From Candidatus Poseidoniaceae archaeon (GTDB taxonomy: Archaea; Thermoplasmatota; Poseidoniia; Poseidoniales; Poseidoniaceae): DNA of 32,000 nt. The position numbers were made by a program, and so were the translations under genes. The notes beneath the pieces were generated by a model. That model had not been told where the DNA came from. It saw nothing but the letters and a program-made list of their open reading frames with translations, and made no database searches. Positions within the stretch are counted from its first letter, which is position 1; the number at the start of each line of letters is the position of its first letter. The stretch covers positions 630,001 to 662,000 of the forward strand of contig CALSTM010000002.1 of the NCBI GenBank assembly GCA_943789275.1. Reading direction: 5' to 3'. Positions 16,338 to 26,000 of the stretch are shown here, piece by piece.

Positions 16338-16597
16338 CCCGATACAAAGGGGATTCAGTGGGCCGATACAGACGCTACCGATTCATCTGCTTCAAATCTC
16401 GTGAAGAACGCATTCATTCTCACTGCGAGTTAAATTATTCCAATTTAGGACGAAAACCGAAGTAGTCATTACCTCAACCTCGTCTGAAATGAATGCATCA
16501 GTGAGGGTCGGTGAAGGTTCTTCTTCTGCAGCTTGAGTTCTCTGTTGTATGTAAAATTTGAAGAAGTCTTATAATGAAATTCGATTGAGGTTTATCT

Positions 16598-17437
16598 ATG
16601 CTCAGAGCCTTTTATTGGCGCCTAAACTTGGGTTTTAAAAAAATAAAATCCAAGAGATTGAGGAAGAAGCTCGGCAACAATATCAAAGCCATAATCACAA
16701 ACAGTCAAAATGGGATTTTTGCAGTAGACCCCGAAGACCTTGAAGTCGGTCAAAAACTTCGCTCAGGCGGTTTCGGCCTTGAGGAAATTGCAAGATTAAG
16801 AAAATATATTGACAATGATTCAAACGTTTTAATCGTTGGAACACACATTGGGTCATTAGCGATACCACTTTCAAAACATTGTAAGGCAATTACCGCGATC
16901 GAAGCAAACCCAAAAACCTTCGAATTATTAGAGATAAATCTACATTTAAACAATATCGAAAACATAACCCCGCACAACATTTTTGCCAACGATTCTTCTG
17001 AAAAAGTAGAATTTTTACTTAACACAGTAAATTCTGGTGGAAGCAAAAGAAAACCAAAAAAGAGCAATTTCTTGTACGATTATGATAACCCTGAAGTCAT
17101 AGAATTGGAATCTCATCAACTTGATAATTATTTATCAGAACATAATTTTGACCTCATTCTGCTGGACATTGAGGGTTCTGAATATTTTGCCATGAAGGGT
17201 ATGAAAGAAATTCTATCCAATTGTAAAACATTAGTGGTTGAATTCTTACCTCACCACTTGAAAAATGTTGCAGATATTGATGTTGACACATTTATTTCAG
17301 CATTACCTCACCATTTCACTACGTTCCAACTACCAGATCATAATCAAGAACACAAAATTTCTGAAGTGAAAACAGTTTTACAAAAAATGTATGATTCAAA
17401 CATCGGTGAGGACGGAATAATTTTCACATCGAACTAG
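16598..17437 (+). CDS. FkbM-family SAM-dependent methyltransferase
   Basis: VLIVGTHIGSLAIPLSK..AITAIEANPKTFELLEINLHLNN...DLILLDIEGSEYFAMKGMKEIL matches the FkbM-type methyltransferase pattern. Confidence 0.75.
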   Translation: MLRAFYWRLNLGFKKIKSKRLRKKLGNNIKAIITNSQNGIFAVDPEDLEVGQKLRSGGFGLEEIARLRKYIDNDSNVLIVGTHIGSLAIPLSKHCKAITAIEANPKTFELLEINLHLNNIENITPHNIFANDSSEKVEFLLNTVNSGGSKRKPKKSNFLYDYDNPEVIELESHQLDNYLSEHNFDLILLDIEGSEYFAMKGMKEILSNCKTLVVEFLPHHLKNVADIDVDTFISALPHHFTTFQLPDHNQEHKISEVKTVLQKMYDSNIGEDGIIFTSN

Positions 17438-17494
17438 AATTTAATCTGAATAGAACGGCTCAACATTATAGCAAGCCTCCCTCTCACACAACAC

Positions 17495-18721
17495 ATGGCT
17501 AACCTCCAAAGAAAACGTCTTCTGTTAGTCAAAGGCTCTTTCGAACACTTTGGTGGCGGAGAAAGAGATCTCATCAACAACCTCGAAGCATGGTCAAAAT
17601 ATTTTGATTTGAGTATAGCAACCTTACACCCCCACGAAGAATTAAGAGAGAAACTCAATGAACTCAACATCCCTTTATTTTCTCCAATTGAAAATTGGTC
17701 GTATTCACACGGAACGCTTTCAGAAATTTTTGCTAAATCTACAAAGAAAGCATCTCAGAAATGGTATTCAATGCTGTCTCTCACAAAACAAGGAGTGGGT
17801 TTAACCACCTTATTTTCAAATATCGATGCGGTTAATATTACAACTGGAATGGCATCCTTGGAAATCCTCCCATTCATACCAAAAAATATCCCCCTCCACA
17901 CATACATGCACGAACCGAACAGAGGACTGCACAGCAACGACCTCCATTTCGATATAGATGGAAAACCAAAACAGAATTTAAAAATTACAAATTTGTTTTT
18001 ATCTAAACAGAGACGAATTGACGAAAAATTAGTCGAACTCGCAGCGAAGAGAGGAAAAATAAGTGGCAATTCCAAGTATACTTGTGAAAGGATACAACAA
18101 GTGTATGGCATTGAGTCAAACTTTCTTTATCCAAGTATCAATACAAAATTATGGCCAATAAAACCATCAAAAGATGAAGACTGGAATGCTGTTAAAAAAG
18201 AGTTCAATCTCACACAGAATCAATACATCATCACTATTGGACATGCAATTTATGCCAAAGGTCTTTGGCAAACAATAGAGAATCTAAACTCTTCAAAGTT
18301 AACAATAGTGCAAATCGGCGGCGGGGTCACGGACAGACATCATCAACATGCCAAAACGAATAACGTTGAACTCATAGCCCTACCAAGAGTGAGTCAAGCA
18401 ACAATTCGAGTATTGATGAGAAATGCAAAAGCGATGGTCAGCAACGCTATCAACGAACCGTTTGGACTCACTCCGCCCGAATCATACTTTGTCGAGTGCC
18501 CAGTCATTGTTTCGAATCAAGGGGGATTTAGAGAAACCGTAGTTGATGGTATCACTGGCAGACTTCTCAACCAAGGAGATGATTGGATCTCAGCTATTGA
18601 GGAAGGCCACATGAAGAGAAAAAAGTGGTCAAAGGCCGGAAGAGAACACATCGAGAAAATAGACCTCACTCCAGAAACACAAGCCAAAAAAGTGTATGAT
18701 TTACTCACGCAAACCTCTTGA
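17495..18721 (+). CDS. Glycosyltransferase, GT4 (GT-B fold) family
   Basis: C-terminal signature NEPFGLTPPESYFVECPVIVSNQGGFRETVVDGITGRL (EX7E-type motif of retaining GT4 enzymes). Confidence 0.85.
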   Translation: MANLQRKRLLLVKGSFEHFGGGERDLINNLEAWSKYFDLSIATLHPHEELREKLNELNIPLFSPIENWSYSHGTLSEIFAKSTKKASQKWYSMLSLTKQGVGLTTLFSNIDAVNITTGMASLEILPFIPKNIPLHTYMHEPNRGLHSNDLHFDIDGKPKQNLKITNLFLSKQRRIDEKLVELAAKRGKISGNSKYTCERIQQVYGIESNFLYPSINTKLWPIKPSKDEDWNAVKKEFNLTQNQYIITIGHAIYAKGLWQTIENLNSSKLTIVQIGGGVTDRHHQHAKTNNVELIALPRVSQATIRVLMRNAKAMVSNAINEPFGLTPPESYFVECPVIVSNQGGFRETVVDGITGRLLNQGDDWISAIEEGHMKRKKWSKAGREHIEKIDLTPETQAKKVYDLLTQTS

Positions 18722-18746
18722 TGAAACAAGGAGGAGTGCCGTCTTT

Positions 18747-19046
18747 ATGAATACAAATCAAATACGTGCAGCCAAAGCGCTCTACATGCGCTTGGAATGG
18801 CCCGTCTATGCATTTACTGCCAGTGTGTTCCTTTCCTTCGCTCTTGGCGTTCAATTCCTCTCCATTGGAACCGGTGCCGTTGTTGGCCTGTTTGTCCTGC
18901 TGACTGTAGCCTACGCATGGGTTGCCTGGGTGATGGTCAAGCAAAAAGCCGTCCTCGAACTTCACGCCTACATCCCCTGCTCTGCGTGCGGTGAGTTGAC
19001 GCCTTCACAAGGTAAGCATTGCATGAACTGCGGCGCCAACTTGTAA
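18747..19046 (+). CDS. Hypothetical membrane protein with a C-terminal zinc ribbon (99 aa)
   Basis: The ATG at 18747 is preceded by GGAGGAG. There are two hydrophobic helices, then CSACG...HCMNCG. The upstream part of the tracked ORF (from 18696) overlaps the GT4 gene and was discarded. Confidence 0.55.
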   Translation: MNTNQIRAAKALYMRLEWPVYAFTASVFLSFALGVQFLSIGTGAVVGLFVLLTVAYAWVAWVMVKQKAVLELHAYIPCSACGELTPSQGKHCMNCGANL

Positions 19047-19064
19047 TCAGGCGTGGGAGCCCAA

Positions 19065-21512
19065 TTAATTCGAAAGGTCTTTGATTTTTTCAATCAGGTC
19101 CATTCGGCGAAGTCGCCAAACGCCGAAGGGCGTCATGGCTACAGCGATGAGAATGACGCCGGACATCAGCTGCCATGCTACGCTTGGAACAATGGTCACT
19201 GGAACGAAGAACTGCCACGAAGAGAACGAAGCAGCAAGTCCTACTGCCCCTCCATAGGCAAACAGAACACCGACAATACCGCCGATGATTCCAATCAAGA
19301 GACTCTCAAACAGAAGCATAACGCCTAGACTGCGAGTAGATGCCCCAAGAACGCGTAGAGTTGCCAGTTCAAAGTCACGCTCAGCCACGTTCATGATCAT
19401 CGTATTGAACATGACAACGACCGTGAACAGAAGTCCGAGGTACATCATGGTCTGGAAAATTTGAGTTTGTTGGTCGAGTAAACTGTTGATGCCATCGAGA
19501 AGGGTTTGTCGTTCCACAATTCCCGTTGAAGCCTCTCCCAAAGCCGAATCAACCACAACGCCATTGGGTAGGTCGAGGTAAATCGAAGTCGCATTGACTC
19601 CAAGAATACCGCTCAAATCATCTCGGACAAAATACATCGTACGAGCTAATTCTGCTGTCGAAGTCCCGACAATTTCCACATCTTGTGGTGCTCCGTTAAT
19701 GCTCACTGTGCGTTGGTCTCCAACCTGCCAGTCAAGGAATTTCATGCTCCCCTCGTCCATCATCACCTTGGGGATGGCTGAGTTTGCGGTTGGAGTGTCT
19801 CCGGCAAGTACTGAAACTGAACGCATGCCATTATCAAACGAATCAAGCCCTACAAGCGTGAATATTCTGTCAATTCCATCCCCATCCGCAACTGAACCAA
19901 GTGGCATTTCAATTATCATCTCATACGAGGCGGAATTGTTGTTGGCCCAATCAACGACTGGGCCTTCGGCCTCTGGCATGATGTAGACTTGTGCATCCCA
20001 TGTTTGGTCGTCTTCCAGGCCTCCAACCATCGTATCTTGGAGTCCAGCAGACATCATTTGAATCGAGCCGAAAAGCATCAATGAGATTCCTACAGCTACA
20101 AAAGTCATCGTTAGACGGATTGGCTTACGCACGCTTGAGCGAATAGAAAGTCCAAGCGTTGTTGGCATCCATGAAGTGAGTTTTCGCAGCAGGTTTGACC
20201 CCACTCGCATTTCGTTTTGACCACTGAGAACTGCTAACGGGTCAAGGCGGCTCGCCTTCCACGCTGGGAATGCTCCAGAGAAGAACACGACAATCATGGT
20301 GGAACTTACAACGGATACAAGAACCGAGAACGGTACTGTTCGTTCAACAATCGGTACGCCAACCAAATCTTGGTAGAAATCCAACATCCCATTCATGCCC
20401 ATGGGCCCAGCTAACGCTCCAAGAGCACAACCGATTCCTCCAATCACCAATGGAGCAGCGAGATAGCCAGTCATGAGCGAGGAGCGTTTGACGCCCAGTG
20501 TTCGTAGCACTGCAATCTCCTTTGCTTGACTTTGAACCAAGCGTTGAAGGCTGAGGACAATGGTGATGGCGGCGATTGAGGCAATCATGACGGTAAACGG
20601 AACGGTTGTTCGCTCGGTTCCCTCCAAATCCTGTCGCATGACTTCAACGGGTTCGTTCTGTCCGCGGTCCCGTACCCGTGCATCAAGTTCAGATTCAGCA
20701 AGAGCGGTATCAACCAACGTCTTCACAGCGTCAATTTCATCTCCTTCATACTCGCTGGTGTCGGGTAAATCAAACGATGGAGTTCCTTCGACATCCAACA
20801 TGATGATGTTGCTAGCGCCAATGACTTCGCCAGTAAGACGAGCCATTCCAGCATCAGAGAGGTAACCCACGACGTATTGACCTGGTTCAGGAGGGAACAG
20901 CGTTCCTTCAGGCGCCATGAGCACATGCAGTGGATGGTACCCCGTACCTACAAGCGTGAAATCGGCAGTTGCATTTCCCGCTCCAATACTTATTGTATCC
21001 CCAAGACTGAGTTCAAGCGCTTCAGTGACGTGCGCATCGATGACAATCTCGTCAGCAGTCACTGCAGTTCGACCTTCTGAGTGCCCTTTAGGCATCCAAA
21101 CGCGGTCGGCATTTGCATCGTCAGGGATGCCGTGCCATAGAGAATTGATGATGTGCTGGCCGGTATCGTTGGTGTGGAACATCGCACCTTGGGTTACGGT
21201 ACGCCCTTCGCATGAATCAAGAGATGGAGAAACCGTTGAGGAAGCCCAAGCAGTCCCCAGTGCAGCACAGAAGGAATTGACTTGTTCCGGCGTCCAAGAA
21301 GTACTTCGATTGTCAATCCAAAGGTCTGCAAGGTTGGCGCCGCTTTCGTCATCGGCTTGCATGGTATCGTACATGCCACCGAGATTGTATGCATAACCGC
21401 CAAAGGTTATGCCAGCAAAAACGCCGACAAACACCATGAGAATTACGGCAGAAAGTCGAAGTTTGGTTCGCCATAAACTTCGGGCTAAGCGTTTGTTGAG
21501 AAGAGCAGACAT
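19065..21512 (-). CDS. ABC transporter permease, duplicated FtsX/MacB-type with large extracytoplasmic domains
   Basis: 815 aa. There are two FtsX-like 4-TM modules, each preceded by a long loop. The N-terminus LRLSAVILMVFVGVFAGI is typical of this family. It starts 9 nt after the ATPase gene. Confidence 0.85.
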   Translation of the reverse strand: MSALLNKRLARSLWRTKLRLSAVILMVFVGVFAGITFGGYAYNLGGMYDTMQADDESGANLADLWIDNRSTSWTPEQVNSFCAALGTAWASSTVSPSLDSCEGRTVTQGAMFHTNDTGQHIINSLWHGIPDDANADRVWMPKGHSEGRTAVTADEIVIDAHVTEALELSLGDTISIGAGNATADFTLVGTGYHPLHVLMAPEGTLFPPEPGQYVVGYLSDAGMARLTGEVIGASNIIMLDVEGTPSFDLPDTSEYEGDEIDAVKTLVDTALAESELDARVRDRGQNEPVEVMRQDLEGTERTTVPFTVMIASIAAITIVLSLQRLVQSQAKEIAVLRTLGVKRSSLMTGYLAAPLVIGGIGCALGALAGPMGMNGMLDFYQDLVGVPIVERTVPFSVLVSVVSSTMIVVFFSGAFPAWKASRLDPLAVLSGQNEMRVGSNLLRKLTSWMPTTLGLSIRSSVRKPIRLTMTFVAVGISLMLFGSIQMMSAGLQDTMVGGLEDDQTWDAQVYIMPEAEGPVVDWANNNSASYEMIIEMPLGSVADGDGIDRIFTLVGLDSFDNGMRSVSVLAGDTPTANSAIPKVMMDEGSMKFLDWQVGDQRTVSINGAPQDVEIVGTSTAELARTMYFVRDDLSGILGVNATSIYLDLPNGVVVDSALGEASTGIVERQTLLDGINSLLDQQTQIFQTMMYLGLLFTVVVMFNTMIMNVAERDFELATLRVLGASTRSLGVMLLFESLLIGIIGGIVGVLFAYGGAVGLAASFSSWQFFVPVTIVPSVAWQLMSGVILIAVAMTPFGVWRLRRMDLIEKIKDLSN

Positions 21513-21521
21513 GCGAAAACC

Positions 21522-22244
21522 TCACTCTGAAGAATCGTTGTTCGTCTGTTCATCCGAGACAATTTTTCCGCTGTCAATTCGGATCACTCGGGTCGCATAC
21601 TTGACCAAACCCTCATCGTGCGTAACGAACACTGAAGTGATGTTTTCTTGCTTGCATGCACTCACCAGCGCTTCCATGACTTTGTTTGAAGTCTCGGTGT
21701 CAAGGTTACCGGTGAGTTCATCACCAAGCAGGAGAGTTGGACGCTTCGCAATGCTTCGAGCAATCGCTACACGCTGTTGTTGTCCACCGCTGATTTCACC
21801 TGGGAAACGGTCGACTTCGGCTTCAAGGCCGACGAGTTTCAACAATTCTTTCGCCCGGGTAGGGTCTTTTTTACCTGCTAATTCTTGAATGAGGAGAATG
21901 TTCTCAAGTACTGTGAGGTCTTGCAGGAGATTGAAGAATTGGAACACATAGCCAATGTTTTCTCTTCGGAAAGAAGTCATTTTCTCAGAACTATTTCGGG
22001 GGACTGCATCCAAACCTCCCGTTTGTTTGGACATGAAGGTGTACTCGCCGCCGGTTGGACTGTCAAGGGCTGAAAGGCAATTGAGAAGCGTGGTTTTCCC
22101 AGAACCAGAAGGGCCCAGAAGAATCACACGTTCACCTTCATGGATTTCGAAACTGACACCGTCAAGCGCTTTGACAACGCCTGCAGGTGTTTCGTAATGC
22201 CGTTCTAGGTTTTCCATTTGTAATAATTTATTCATTTTCTTCAC
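21522..22244 (-). CDS. ABC transporter ATP-binding protein (MacB/LolD-like)
   Basis: Walker A GPSGSGKTT, signature ISGGQQQRVAIAR, Walker B LLLGDELTGNLD and an H-loop VTHD. Confidence 0.95.
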   Translation of the reverse strand: MKKMNKLLQMENLERHYETPAGVVKALDGVSFEIHEGERVILLGPSGSGKTTLLNCLSALDSPTGGEYTFMSKQTGGLDAVPRNSSEKMTSFRRENIGYVFQFFNLLQDLTVLENILLIQELAGKKDPTRAKELLKLVGLEAEVDRFPGEISGGQQQRVAIARSIAKRPTLLLGDELTGNLDTETSNKVMEALVSACKQENITSVFVTHDEGLVKYATRVIRIDSGKIVSDEQTNNDSSE

Positions 22245-22867
22245 CTTCTTGCTTCAAAGAGTTGTTTAAACATCTCAAAGAACTTGTCAGCCACTTGTGA
22301 TTCACTTACATGCCCCTCTTGCGTTTCATGCATCAGCCACACCTCATATTCCGTGTTCATGCGAACGAGTACATGGAGTGGGACATCATCACGGATCGCC
22401 CCGATCTCTACCCCGTGTTCGAGAATGGACATAAAATCAGCATACTCGCTCAAGCCCTCACATTCTGTGTTCAACTTACGGAAAAGGGGGTGGTCAGTCC
22501 CCATTGAAACCAATTGACGAATGAGGGACATCTGGATAGGATGCTGAAAAACGTCATTCCACTGCTTTGATGACAACCTCTTGATTGAATCCCAATATGT
22601 GGCTTTGTCCTCCGTCAACGGAAAGGAAGCCTTTGCAAAACCAAAACCTCCTGTGGCATCTGTAAAAGAATGCATAAAGCACGTGATGAACAAGTCTTCT
22701 TTGTTTTCAAAGTAATAGTACATCGAACCTTTGGAGATGCCTATTTTTTGAATGATTTTGTTGTACGAAGCGCCTTCAAAGCCAAGTGCAGCGAACTCTT
22801 GCTTGGAAACATCAAGAATCCTCGTTTTGAGGGACTCGTCAATGGATTCATAGCGTGCGAGAGGCAT
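22241..22867 (-). CDS. TetR/AcrR-family transcriptional regulator
   Basis: N-terminal HTH FEGASYNKIIQKIGISKGSMYYYFENKEDLF. Its stop overlaps the ATPase start (ATGA), so the three genes form one operon. Confidence 0.9.
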   Translation of the reverse strand: MPLARYESIDESLKTRILDVSKQEFAALGFEGASYNKIIQKIGISKGSMYYYFENKEDLFITCFMHSFTDATGGFGFAKASFPLTEDKATYWDSIKRLSSKQWNDVFQHPIQMSLIRQLVSMGTDHPLFRKLNTECEGLSEYADFMSILEHGVEIGAIRDDVPLHVLVRMNTEYEVWLMHETQEGHVSESQVADKFFEMFKQLFEARR

Positions 22868-22869
22868 TC

Positions 22870-22904
22870 GACCAGTTGGTCAGACCGGCCGGTCGAATAT
22901 AAAA
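22870..22904 (-). promoter_or_regulatory. Two tandem GACC-N4-GGTC palindromes between the TATA box and the tetR start (putative TetR operators)
   Basis: GACCAGTTGGTC (22870-22881) and GACCGGCCGGTC (22883-22894) are both perfect palindromes. On the minus strand they are preceded by TTTTATAT (22897-22904), and the tetR ATG is at 22867. Confidence 0.5.
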
Positions 22905-23027
22905 TTATTCTTCAGTCCGAGCAGATTTGTGGCCACACAGCGCTTTGAGAATCGGGTTTTCAACCGTCGAAAAACCCTTTTCTGAATCATACGCCGTCTT
23001 TAAGTCCTCAACAGTAGTAGAAGATTT

Positions 23028-26000
23028 ATGCGACAGATGAAGACAACGAAGATGATTGGAATTGTGATGACCCTCATTATGCTCACTGCTACAACCGTCC
23101 CCGTCTTGGCAGGGGCCTCTGAACAAACAGACGGCCGTTCAACCGGTAATGAATCGGTAAGCGCCGATGTAAGTGGAGTATTCTATGAGCGTGGAAACAG
23201 CATCTCTGTGACCGTAATGTCTACCAATCTCGACCCGTCAACAGAATATACGATAAATTGGGAACTGTGTTTCGCTGCTTACAACAATTGTAATCTTTAC
23301 AGCGAAATGGCAGCTTCTGGGGGCTCCGATCCTACTGAAACCGAAGGCACAATGGATCTTGGTTCTGGCAACATGTTCACAACATCGGTGTTCACTTTCA
23401 CTGACCCAGGCTTGTTTGAGGACGATGGAATGAACGGTATTTCCGGAATCATGAACCAATCGTATCACTTCCGCGTGACGCTTGACACACAAGGCATCGA
23501 ACTCGAGACCATCCAAAGCTCTGCTTTCGTTCTTGGTGGAGAGATGCGTGACCAATCTTACATTGATAACATCGGAAACCTACTCAAGAACACCCCGATT
23601 GAATTCAACGGAAGAATCTACTTCGATTATGAAAATCAAAACTTGTTAGATTACGGCCTTGACTGTAGCCTTTACGAAGGTGCCTCAACAACAGCGGTTG
23701 ACACGTACTCGATCGAAAACATAACCACATCTCAATCGTATGTATACTTCTATTCTACCGTTGTTGCAAACAACAGTGCTGGTGATGAATTGCTTCCTTT
23801 AGCATCTTCTGGTATCCATCGTGTTGAATGTTCACTGATGCGAAACATCGATGCAACCGTCATGGGCACGATGGTGAGTAACGATTTCAGCGTCATCGAT
23901 GCTGATGTAACGGGATTAGAAGAAATTCATGTTGATGACTTGACCACTGTCTTTTACGAACGGTCACTACCGCTGCAACCCCGTTGTTTACCGTTTCAAT
24001 GGAATTCACAGATATGTATGTTGGAGAAACATACACTGCCGATTGGGAACTGTGTTTCGCTGCTTACAACAATTGTAATCTTTACAGCGAAATGGCAGCA
24101 TCTGGCAACACCGATCCTACTGAGACAGAAGGCCAGTTCTCGTTTACACCAACCACCAGCACCATCACGCAGACCTTTGATTTCACCGACCCAGGCTTGT
24201 TTGAAGACGATGGAATGAACGGTATTTCAGGAATCATGAACCAATCGTATCACTTCCGCGTGATACTCAATGTACAGGGTGTTGAACTCGATGTCAACCA
24301 AAGCTCTGCTTTCGTTCTGGGTGGAGAGATGCGTGACCAATCTTACATTGATAACATCGGAAACCTACTCAAGAACACCCCGATTGAATTCAACGGAAGA
24401 ATCTACTTCGATTATGAAAATCAAAACTTGTTAGATTACGGCCTTGACTGTAGCCTTTACGAAGGTGCCTCAACAACAGCGGTTGACACGTACTCGATCG
24501 AAAACATAACCACATCTCAATCGTATGTATACTTCTATTCTACCGTTGTTGCAAACAACAGTGCTGGTGATGAATTGCTTCCTTTAGCATCTTCTGGTAT
24601 CCATCGTGTTGAATGTTCACTGATGCGAAACATCGATGCAACCGTCATGGGCACGATGGTGAGTAACGATTTCAGTGTTATCGATGCTGATGTAACGGGA
24701 TTAGAAGAAATTCATGTTGATGACTTGACCACTGTCTTTTACGAACGCTCTACTACCGCGACCCCGTTGTTTACCGTTTCAATGGAATTCACAGATATGT
24801 ATGTTGGAGAAACATACACTGCCGATTGGGAACTGTGTTTCGCTGCTTACAACAATTGTAATCTTTACAGCGAAATGGCAGCATCTGGCAACACCGATCC
24901 TACTGAGACAGAAGGCCAGTTCTCGTTTACACCAACCACCAGCACCATCACGCAGACCTTTGATTTCAACGACCCAGGCTTGTTTGAAGACGATGGAATG
25001 AACGGTATTTCGGGAATCATGAACCAATCGTATCACTTCCGCGTGATACTCAATGTACAGGGCGTCGAACTCGATGTCAACCAAAGCTCTGCTTTCGTTC
25101 TTGGTGGAGAGATGCGTGACCAATCTTACATTGATAACATCGGAAACCTACTCAAGAACACCCCGATTGAATTCAACGGAAGATTTTACCTTGATTACGA
25201 AAATCAAAACTTGATGGATTACGACCTTGACTGTGGCCTTTACGAAGGCACCTCGACAACACCGATTGACACGTACTCAATAGAAAATATAAACTTCTAT
25301 TATGCATACAATTACTTTAATTCAAACGGCGGGAATTCTTCGACTCCTGACCTCATTGCAACATCAACGACTGGAACGCACCATATTGAGTGTGCTCTTA
25401 CGCGAAACATTGACGGAACGGTGATGGGTAGAATCATCGGTGGAGATTTCCAAGTCATTGATGATACTGCAAACCAAGACGATGCAACGATTACAGTCAC
25501 TGTTGACATCCATGCCGACCACCAATACGGAAACATAACCATAGTGGGTGCAGATCTCGATGCAGGGCAGGAATACAAGTACAATTGGATTGTTCATGAT
25601 AACGTTCCGATTCCACCGGTAACTTTGATGCAAAACGATTACATTTGGGTACAAGGTAACGGTGGTTCAGATGTGTATATGTTGGAATTCCACGACCTCC
25701 CAGACACGGCAAATGCTTGTTTTTCAGTAACCTTCTCTGCCGGAGATACCGAACTCGAAACCGTATCTGGAATTTGCTGGAACTCAGCATCAACTTCAGA
25801 CTTTGATGGTGATGGGGTCTATGACAAAGACGACATTTGCGATGACACACCTGCAGGTTCTATCGTTCAAGCAGACGGTTGTTCAGATGGAGACGGTGAT
25901 GGATTTGACTCCTTTTACGAAACGGATTGTGGCTCGGACCCGAACGATGCAAACTCCGTACCCACTGATTACGACAACGATGGAACATGTGACTTGCTTG

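Noticed and set aside
15323-16372. Direct repeats CGATACARAGGGG (15323 and 16340, plus a shorter CGATACAGA match at 16364) as insertion-site duplications flanking the orphan gene
   Set aside because: The repeats are 13 nt with one mismatch and are partly explained by local hairpins. They are too short to separate from chance without an empty-site comparison.
23955-23990. Programmed frameshift or phase-variation switch in the surface-protein gene
   Set aside because: There is no slippery heptamer, no long homopolymer or simple-sequence tract, and no downstream pseudoknot. An AA-to-A sequencing error or a plain mutation is more parsimonious.
23238-25123. Duplicated antisense and out-of-frame ORFs (23238-23555, 24779-25123, 24801-25001)
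   Set aside because: These are shadow ORFs that recur only because the underlying DNA repeat recurs. Their sequences are Cys/His/Arg-rich and unlike real proteins.
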